In this document: in pieces, positions 57,414-64,000 of the stretch
Layout of the letters: each line of letters begins with the position of its first letter
Numbering within the stretch: the first letter of the stretch is position 1
Assembly: GCA_963718525.1 (NCBI GenBank)
Contig: OY970355.1
Coordinates: forward strand, 256,001-320,000
Length of the DNA stretch: 64,000 nt
Direction: 5' to 3'
Source: Candidatus Dormiibacterota bacterium
GTDB taxonomy: Bacteria; Chloroflexota; Dormibacteria; Aeolococcales; Aeolococcaceae
Position numbers and translations under genes: made by a program
Notes under the pieces: generated by a model
Seen by the model: the letters and a program-made list of their open reading frames with translations, nothing else
Databases searched by the model: none
Told to the model about the DNA's origin: nothing

Positions 57414-58447
57414 GCCAATCTGCCGCTGAGCGCTTCCGCGACGGCTCGGGTCGTGGTCAGCCCGGTCCGATCGACGATGAAGGGCACTGGAACCACGGGC
57501 ATCGGGAGCTTGCCCCGGAGCTGGCGCATGTACCTCGTCGTGGTGTCGTGCAGGTGGGCCTGAAGGTCGATACCGGCCGCGAGCGGCACCGGGGATCCAC
57601 CCAGGCGTTGGGCCACCGCGTCGGCGTGCTCCGGGTCCATCAGCGCGGCCATCAGCCGTCGGTGCGCCGCCGTCACGGGCTCATCCACCGCCCGGTTCAG
57701 GAGGCAGAGGTCGACCGCCACACCGGACCGCTTGCGCAGACGATCGTTGAGCTCGATCGCCTCGATCACCGGCATCTCCTCGGGAAGCGCGCAGAGGACG
57801 ACGGTCGTCCGGCGCGAATCCCGGATGAGCGAATCGATCCACTCCACCTGGGCACGGATCAGGCCGCCTTTGACGAGGCTGAGCATCGCCTTCGGGGCGG
57901 CGAGGTGCGATTCCACCTGGCCGCCCGCGGCGCAGTCGACCAGGATGAGATCCCAGACCGGCGACAACTCCGTGTCCCTGCGGCGCTCCTCGTACGCGAT
58001 CTTGCCGACAACGAGCATGTCCCGCGGACCCGGGACGCCGGTTGCGATGAAATCGAAGATCCGCGCGAGCGGCGTCAGGCGAGTGACGCGTGGGACCTTG
58101 AAGTAGATGTGCAGGTATTCCTGAAACGACTCGTCGGTGCGGAGCTCGAGGACCGAAAGGTTGTGCTGGACCACTCGAGGTGCGAACCCTGCCGGTGGAG
58201 ATCCAAGCGCCGCGGCGAGATCACCCTTGGCGTCGACATCGATGGCGAGGACGCGCTTGCCGGCTCGGGCTCCGATGAGCGCGAGCGCGGCGGTCATGGT
58301 GCTGCGGCCGGTGCCTCCCTTGCCCGCAACAAAGATGACCCGCCGCGCGAGCAGCGTGGCGAGCTCGATCCGTTCCCCGGCGATCGCGCGCCTAACCGCC
58401 GTTGACGATCTCCAGGACCTCTGCGGCGTGCCCGCTGGGCTTGACAT
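57410..58447 (-). CDS. ArsA/Get3-family ATPase (Rv3679-like, degenerate P-loop)
   Basis: GKGGTGRST, GK in motif II region, PEEMPV.E. True start probably near 58370-58390. Confidence 0.82.
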   Translation of the reverse strand: MSSPAGTPQRSWRSSTAVRRAIAGERIELATLLARRVIFVAGKGGTGRSTMTAALALIGARAGKRVLAIDVDAKGDLAAALGSPPAGFAPRVVQHNLSVLELRTDESFQEYLHIYFKVPRVTRLTPLARIFDFIATGVPGPRDMLVVGKIAYEERRRDTELSPVWDLILVDCAAGGQVESHLAAPKAMLSLVKGGLIRAQVEWIDSLIRDSRRTTVVLCALPEEMPVIEAIELNDRLRKRSGVAVDLCLLNRAVDEPVTAAHRRLMAALMDPEHADAVAQRLGGSPVPLAAGIDLQAHLHDTTTRYMRQLRGKLPMPVVPVPFIVDRTGLTTTRAVAEALSGRLA

Positions 58448-58850
58448 CCCGCCACTCGCGCTCGATGGTCCCGTCCGGCCCGATCAGGAGGGTCGTGCGC
58501 GCCACCCCCATGTACTCGCGACCCATGAACTTCTTCTCGACCCAGAGGCCCTGGGACTCGATGAGGCGCCGCTCCGGGTCGCTGATCAACGGGATGCCCA
58601 GCGAGCACTTCTTGATGAATCGCTGGTGGCTCTTCGATGTGTCCGGAGACACCCCGTAGACGGTGACACCGGCCGCGGCGAATGCCTCGTTGAGGCGTGT
58701 GAACTCCTGGCCCTCGAGCGTGCAGCCGGGCGTGTCGTCCTTGGGATAGAAGTACAGCACGGTACGGCGCCCCTCGAAGTCTGTGTTGCTCACGCGCCCA
58801 CCATCGCTCGTCTCGAGATCGAAGTCAGGGAGTCGCGTCCCGACGGTCAT
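58392..58850 (-). CDS. bcp: Peroxiredoxin BCP/PrxQ
   Basis: LYFYPKDDTPGCT.E, GVSPD, RTTLLIG. Start ATG 58850. Confidence 0.92.
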   Translation of the reverse strand: MTVGTRLPDFDLETSDGGRVSNTDFEGRRTVLYFYPKDDTPGCTLEGQEFTRLNEAFAAAGVTVYGVSPDTSKSHQRFIKKCSLGIPLISDPERRLIESQGLWVEKKFMGREYMGVARTTLLIGPDGTIEREWRDVKPSGHAAEVLEIVNGG

Positions 58851-58960
58851 TGGTGCCGGTTCCTCCGTGCGCAGCCACAGTGGTCGCCAAGTGTAGGTGA
58901 GCGCCAGCGGGCGAGCGCGCCGCCTCCTGACGACCTGCGCGCCGTCCCTATACTCGGGCC

Positions 58961-59365
58961 GTGCCCTCGAACTCCCGTCCTGGTGCGGCAGCGACCAACA
59001 AGGCTGCGCCGGCGCGACGGACGGCACCCGATCCCTCCCAGCCGCGCCCGGTACCGACGCTGCTCCGCTACATCTCCTGCGGGCTGCTGTCGCTCGCCGG
59101 CGGTGCAGCGTGGCGGTTCACCCTCTCGCCGAACGCGGTCGGGATCGTCTCCGCGTTCGCCGGGATCTTCTTCCTGCTCCTGGGATTTCTCATCGGCGGG
59201 ATCTTCTGGTACCTGCACGACCTTCGCGTCCGCAAGCGTGCGCCAGAGCTGATGCCCGACGAGCGGCTCGTCTTCTCGTTCGTGGTCTTCGTGATGATGC
59301 CGTTCGCGGTGCTCGCGCTCATCGGCGTGATCTGGCTGCTCTCACTCCTGGTCGGGGTGCACTGA
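58961..59365 (+). CDS. Hypothetical 3-TM membrane protein
   Basis: Three hydrophobic segments; TATACT 6 nt before GTG. Confidence 0.75.
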   Translation: MPSNSRPGAAATNKAAPARRTAPDPSQPRPVPTLLRYISCGLLSLAGGAAWRFTLSPNAVGIVSAFAGIFFLLLGFLIGGIFWYLHDLRVRKRAPELMPDERLVFSFVVFVMMPFAVLALIGVIWLLSLLVGVH

Positions 59366-59393
59366 GCGGGTCATCGCGTCGAGCCGGCGATCC

Positions 59394-60197
59394 TCAGTTG
59401 AGGAAGGCGCGAAGCCGTCCTGCGACCTCGATCATCGCGGTTCGATCAGGACACGTTTCCGAAGCCTCATCGAGATATGCGTTGATGTCGTTGAGCGCGG
59501 CTACGATCTTGCCCATCCGCCACAGGAGCAGCCCGCGGTCGCGGCGCTCACCGGGCGAGGGCACCAGGTCGACGCACCGGTCGGCCGCTCGCAGCGCCTG
59601 GTCCCAGCATTCGAGGCTCGTATAGCAGCGGCGCAGGTTGCGCGACATGCGCGCAAGCATGTCCCGTGCGCTCGCCCGAGCCACCTGGGCCGGCTCGAGG
59701 CGTTCGATCTCCTGTCCGGTCGACGTCGTCACGAGGCGTTTGACGTCATCCTCATCGAGTGGCTCACCGCTGGCGATGGTGTCGAAGAGATGGCCGTCGA
59801 CGCGGACCACGAAGTGCCCGGGAAGGTTCACCCCCTCCACCGGAATCTCAGCCCGTGCACCCACGGCGATCCAGATGGCCGAGCAGGCGATCGGAACCCC
59901 CGCCCCGCGTTCGAGGACGGTGTGCAGGTAGTGAGCGCGAGGGTCGCCACCTCCCGCGCCTCTCAAGCGCAGACGATCGCGCAGCAGGGCGCCGACGAGC
60001 GGCGCGTCGGACGGCCCGCACCCGCGCAACCCGCAACGCGAGCGCAGCTCGCTGGCGAGCTCGTCGAGACGCTCCAGCCAGCGCTCCGGTTCCACGCCCG
60101 GGCAGTCGTCAGCGGCGAGCCAGAGTGCCCCCTCGGCGATATCGCCGTCGCGTTCGGCGCATTCCAGCACCGCCTCGCGCGGCTCCAGTCCCTGCAT
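59394..60197 (-). CDS. SirB1/transglutaminase-like protein with TPR
   Basis: VLERGAGVPI, GVNLPGHF, ERRDRGLL. Confidence 0.85.
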   Translation of the reverse strand: MQGLEPREAVLECAERDGDIAEGALWLAADDCPGVEPERWLERLDELASELRSRCGLRGCGPSDAPLVGALLRDRLRLRGAGGGDPRAHYLHTVLERGAGVPIACSAIWIAVGARAEIPVEGVNLPGHFVVRVDGHLFDTIASGEPLDEDDVKRLVTTSTGQEIERLEPAQVARASARDMLARMSRNLRRCYTSLECWDQALRAADRCVDLVPSPGERRDRGLLLWRMGKIVAALNDINAYLDEASETCPDRTAMIEVAGRLRAFLN

Positions 60198-60280
60198 GGC
60201 CGGTAATCATGCTCCGCGACCCACGCGTGTGGGCCTTCCACGAGGCAGCCCAGCCGGGTCGGCTCCACTAGACTGACCTT

Positions 60281-62155
60281 GTGCTGCTGGAGGAGATCGC
60301 CGGTCCGGACGACCTTCGTGGGCTCGGCCCTGAAGATTTGACCCGCCTGTGCGCCGAGATTCGCGAGGAGTTGATCGGCGCCGTGTCGCGCACCGGCGGG
60401 CACCTCGGACCCAACCTCGGCGTCGTGGAGCTCACGGTCGCAATGCACCGCGTGTTCGACAGCCCGCGCGACGCGATCATCTTCGACACCGGCCATCAGG
60501 CATATGTCCACAAGATGCTCACCGGCCGGCTCGGCCTGTTCGACACGCTCCGGCAGCAGGGCGGGCTCAGCGGCTACCCGTCGCGGCGCGAGTCCGAGCA
60601 CGATCTGATCGAGAACTCGCACGCCTCCACCGGGCTCAGCTACGCGCTCGGATTCGCAACCGCCCGCGAGTTGCGCGGCGAAACCGGCAAGGTGGTCTGC
60701 GTCGTCGGCGACGGTGCGCTCACCGGCGGCATGGCGTACGAAGCGCTGAACAACATCGGCCAGCTGAAGCCCGAGATGGTGATCATCCTCAACGACAACG
60801 GCCGCAGCTACGCACCGACGGTTGGCGGGATCGCGGAGAACCTGGGCCATCTCCGTCTCTCACCGCGATACGAGGCGGCGAAGGATGCCGCCGGCACGGC
60901 GCTGCGCTCGCTCCCCGCAGTCGGGCACTCCGCGTACGAGACGGCGCGGCGCATGAAGAACTCTCTCAAGCAGCTCGTGGCGCCGATCTCGATCTTCGAG
61001 ACACTCGGACTCAAGTACGGTGGTCCCATCGACGGGCATGATCTCCAGGCCGTCGAGAAGGCGCTCCGCGATGCCTCCCGCATCCGCGGTCCCGTGGTCG
61101 TTCACATCGTCACCAACAAGGGCCAGGGATACGGCCCTGCTGTTGCTGACAAAGTTGACAAATTCCATGGAGTCTCGACATTCGATCCGGACAGTGGCAC
61201 GGCGCTCAAGAAGGGTCTCGACTGGACCGACGTCTTCGGCCAAGCGCTGTGCGAAGCGGCGGAGAAAGATGAGCGGATTGTCGCCATCACCGCCGCGATG
61301 GCATCCTCCACCGGGCTTCTCGACTTCTCGCAGCGCTTTCCAGATCGCTTTTTCGACGTCGGCATCGCCGAGCAGCATGCCGTCACGTTCGCGGCGGGAC
61401 TGGCGATGCGCGGCCTGCGCCCGGTGGTCTGCATTTACTCGACCTTCCTGCAACGCGCGTTCGACCAGGTCGCGTGCGACGTCGCGTTGCACCGGCTGCC
61501 CGTCATCTTCGTCATCGACCGCGCCGGCATCACCGGCGCTGATGGACCATCGCATCACGGCATTCTCGATCTCGCCTACCTGCGCTGCATTCCCGGGATG
61601 ACGGTTTCGGCGCCGAGCTCTCCGGACGAGTTGCGCCGGATGTTCGCGACCGCGCTCGCGTCGGAAGGGCCGTTCTCGCTTCGTTTCCCACGCGGCGCGG
61701 CGCCATCGGCGAGTACGGAGCCGCTCGAGGCCGTCCCGGTACCGAGCATCGTCATTCAGCAGCGCGGGCGGGACCTGGCGCTCTTCGCAGTCGGCAAGAT
61801 GGTCGCCGTCGCAATGCAGGCCCAGGAGAAGCTGAAGGGAGATGGGATCTCGACGACCGTGGTCGATGCGCGGTTCGTCAAGCCGCTGGCGCCGGAGCTC
61901 GCTGCGATCGCCGCGCGCCATCGTGCGGTCATCACCATCGAAGATGGCGTCGCGAGTGGCGGCTTCGGATCCGCAGTGACGGACTTGCTCGCCGCGGACG
62001 GCGTCATGGTGCCGATCGTGCGGATGGGCCTCCCCGACCAGTTCATCGAGCATGGGGCGCAGGCGGCGCTGCTCGGGCAGTTCGGCCTCGACGCGGACGG
62101 CATCGTGGCCACCGCACTCACGTTGCTGCCCGCGACCGAGGTGCTCGCGGGCTGA
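60281..62155 (+). CDS. dxs: 1-deoxy-D-xylulose-5-phosphate synthase
   Basis: GGHLGPNLGVVELT, GHQAY.HK, GDGALTGG..NDN, DVGIAEQHAV, YSTFLQRAFDQ. Confidence 0.97.
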   Translation: MLLEEIAGPDDLRGLGPEDLTRLCAEIREELIGAVSRTGGHLGPNLGVVELTVAMHRVFDSPRDAIIFDTGHQAYVHKMLTGRLGLFDTLRQQGGLSGYPSRRESEHDLIENSHASTGLSYALGFATARELRGETGKVVCVVGDGALTGGMAYEALNNIGQLKPEMVIILNDNGRSYAPTVGGIAENLGHLRLSPRYEAAKDAAGTALRSLPAVGHSAYETARRMKNSLKQLVAPISIFETLGLKYGGPIDGHDLQAVEKALRDASRIRGPVVVHIVTNKGQGYGPAVADKVDKFHGVSTFDPDSGTALKKGLDWTDVFGQALCEAAEKDERIVAITAAMASSTGLLDFSQRFPDRFFDVGIAEQHAVTFAAGLAMRGLRPVVCIYSTFLQRAFDQVACDVALHRLPVIFVIDRAGITGADGPSHHGILDLAYLRCIPGMTVSAPSSPDELRRMFATALASEGPFSLRFPRGAAPSASTEPLEAVPVPSIVIQQRGRDLALFAVGKMVAVAMQAQEKLKGDGISTTVVDARFVKPLAPELAAIAARHRAVITIEDGVASGGFGSAVTDLLAADGVMVPIVRMGLPDQFIEHGAQAALLGQFGLDADGIVATALTLLPATEVLAG

Positions 62156-62180
62156 CCGCTCCCTGGAGCGGCGCGACACC

Positions 62181-63878
62181 ATGAGCCAAGTGCAGTCCCA
62201 CCACGGGGATGACGCGCCGGGTCCTGATGACCCCGGCCTGAAGATCACGCTGCTCCAGCACGAGCTCGACGAGGCTCAGGTGCAGAACATTCGGCTGCGC
62301 CAGTCGTTGCACGAGCCGCCCTACTCGCAACTTCGTACGGTCATTCGCCAGTACCCGAAGCTCTCGAAGCCGGTGATCAAGGCGCTGAATGTCGTCACGG
62401 GAACGGGGCGAGTCAACTTCCACCGCAGGGCGCTGTCGCGACTGCGCTTACCGGGCGACCTGCGCGAGATGGAAGCCTCGGGCCTCTTCGATGCAACGTG
62501 GTACAGGGACAACTACCCGGATGTCGCCCCTTCAGGTCTCGAACCGCTCCGGCACTACGCGCTCATCGGCGCCGCACAGGGATGGGATCCGGGGCCGCGT
62601 TTCTCCACGGACTTCTATCTCGATAACAACGCCGACGTCGCACGCGGCACCAATGCGCTGCTGCATTACCTGCGCCACGGCCGGGCGCGGGGCAGCGCGA
62701 TCGCTCCATCGACTGTGCAACGCCAGTGGCTCGCGGTCACGCTGGACGCGCGCTTCGCGCATCTCCGTCCCCTGCCCGTCTATGCGAGCCCCTCCGCGCC
62801 GCCGCGGGTATCCATGGTCACCGACAGGATTGACAGTGACGGCTCCGGGGAAGGCGCCGCGGCATTGATCTTTGCGACGCTGCTGGCCCGGCGGATGAAC
62901 CGGCCGTTGCGCATCATCACCCGCCGCGTGCCACCGGTTCCGGCGACCTATCGAGCGATGCTCGAGGTGAATGGGATTCCCTTGCAAGGGGATGTCGACT
63001 TTGTGTTCTCCGCACAGGACGCATCGGACGCACGCCTCGTCGATGTTGCCGCGGGTGATCTCTTCATCGCCACGTCGTGGTGGACAGCGTGGGCAACCCG
63101 CGCATCTGTCGATCCCCGCACCATCGTGCACCTCGTGCAGGAGGACGAGCGACGCTGCTACCCGGAGGGCGACGATTCGATTCGCTGCGCGGAGATCCTC
63201 GACGATTCGCGCATCAGGTCCGTCGTCAGCTCGAAGGCCCTCTTCGATCACCTCTTCAGCGGGGCGAACGCGCACCAGCGAACGGCGGCCTGGTTCGAGC
63301 CGGCGTTCCCCGCAGTGCACACAGCGCGCGAGCTGTCCGTGCAGGGCAAGCGCAATTTCATGTTCGATGCGCGTCCCGATAATCCGCGCAGCCTCTACTA
63401 CCGAGGGCTCGAGGCGATTTCCGGCGCCATGGAATCCGGCCACCTCGACCCCGCGGCCTGGGACCTCTTCTTCGTCGGCACCGATCTGCGGCCGGTCGCG
63501 CTGTCCGGAACGGTGCGCCCCACGCTCATCCGGAACCCGTGCGTACGTGAGTATCAGCAGCTGCTGCAACGCATGGACCTCGGGCTGTCGCTGACGGTGT
63601 CAGCACACCCCAGCTACGCCGCGCTGGAGCTGGGCGCGGTCGGGGCGGTCGTGGTCACGAACACATTTGGCCGTCAGAAACGATCCCTTGACCACTACTC
63701 GAGAAACATCCTCTGCCGCGATCTCGACGTGCCCAGCCTGGTCGCCGGGATCGGCGCCGGCGTGGCTCTCGCTGCGGACGTTGATCGACGGACGGCGAAC
63801 CATCAGAAAAGCGCGTTCCCGACCGACTGGAACGTGGTCTTCACCCCGATCTGCGACCAGATCGCCGGCGCGGTTTGA
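62181..63878 (+). CDS. Glycosyltransferase-like protein (WsaF/rhamnosyltransferase-like C-terminus)
   Basis: FDATWY..YPDV..PL.HY repeats, FIATSWWTA, VQEDE, ARP..R.LY, LSL....HPSY. Start ATG 62181. Confidence 0.75.
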   Translation: MSQVQSHHGDDAPGPDDPGLKITLLQHELDEAQVQNIRLRQSLHEPPYSQLRTVIRQYPKLSKPVIKALNVVTGTGRVNFHRRALSRLRLPGDLREMEASGLFDATWYRDNYPDVAPSGLEPLRHYALIGAAQGWDPGPRFSTDFYLDNNADVARGTNALLHYLRHGRARGSAIAPSTVQRQWLAVTLDARFAHLRPLPVYASPSAPPRVSMVTDRIDSDGSGEGAAALIFATLLARRMNRPLRIITRRVPPVPATYRAMLEVNGIPLQGDVDFVFSAQDASDARLVDVAAGDLFIATSWWTAWATRASVDPRTIVHLVQEDERRCYPEGDDSIRCAEILDDSRIRSVVSSKALFDHLFSGANAHQRTAAWFEPAFPAVHTARELSVQGKRNFMFDARPDNPRSLYYRGLEAISGAMESGHLDPAAWDLFFVGTDLRPVALSGTVRPTLIRNPCVREYQQLLQRMDLGLSLTVSAHPSYAALELGAVGAVVVTNTFGRQKRSLDHYSRNILCRDLDVPSLVAGIGAGVALAADVDRRTANHQKSAFPTDWNVVFTPICDQIAGAV

Positions 63879-64000
63879 GGATCCGGCGGCCAGGGGTGGG
63901 CGTCAAGCCCGCTCCGCAGGAGTTCCCGGATCCGTGGGCGCCGAGCCTCGAGGAGCGCGTCCGCAGAGTCAGCGAACAGGGCCCCCACCGAGTTCGTCTA

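Noticed and set aside
63879-64000. Feature after the glycosyltransferase
   Set aside because: Too little sequence before the window edge to call.

Overview
High-GC bacterial chromosomal window, mostly housekeeping. Gene style suggests Chloroflexota/Ca. Dormibacterota or a deep actinobacterial relative (inference, not a database result). In order it holds: a CYTH gene (cut by the edge), a thioesterase, serS-lysS-greA, dusB, coaX, ROK/DegV/TetR, an argCJBD-R-GH operon with an ARG box and no argF, GH15, a ParA plus small partner, a HelY-like helicase, thrC, convergent htpX/lemA, UDG, a LigD polymerase domain, tRNA-Arg(CCG) and birA. A ~11.5 kb respiratory cluster follows: a b6-type Rieske/cytochrome b complex, a triheme cytochrome c, an A2-type heme-copper oxidase, and several unannotated ~40-aa membrane microproteins. 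After it come fabH-accD-accA, MarR/MFS, GAF-GGDEF, an SbcD/SbcC-like pair, an ArsA pair, bcp, dxs and a glycosyltransferase. The best signals outside the ORF track are: (1) a leader-peptide attenuator (Thr/Val/Leu/Met/Ile codons, with mutually exclusive antiterminator and terminator) before thrC; (2) a self-contained ~77-nt C-rich sRNA with a consensus promoter and terminator between greA and dusB; (3) microprotein subunits and an apparently fragmented subunit III in the respiratory cluster; (4) a 132-bp element with perfect 31-bp inverted arms; (5) frameshifts that recur at GAGTC, suggesting methylation-linked read errors. No CRISPR array, integrase or transposase was seen.
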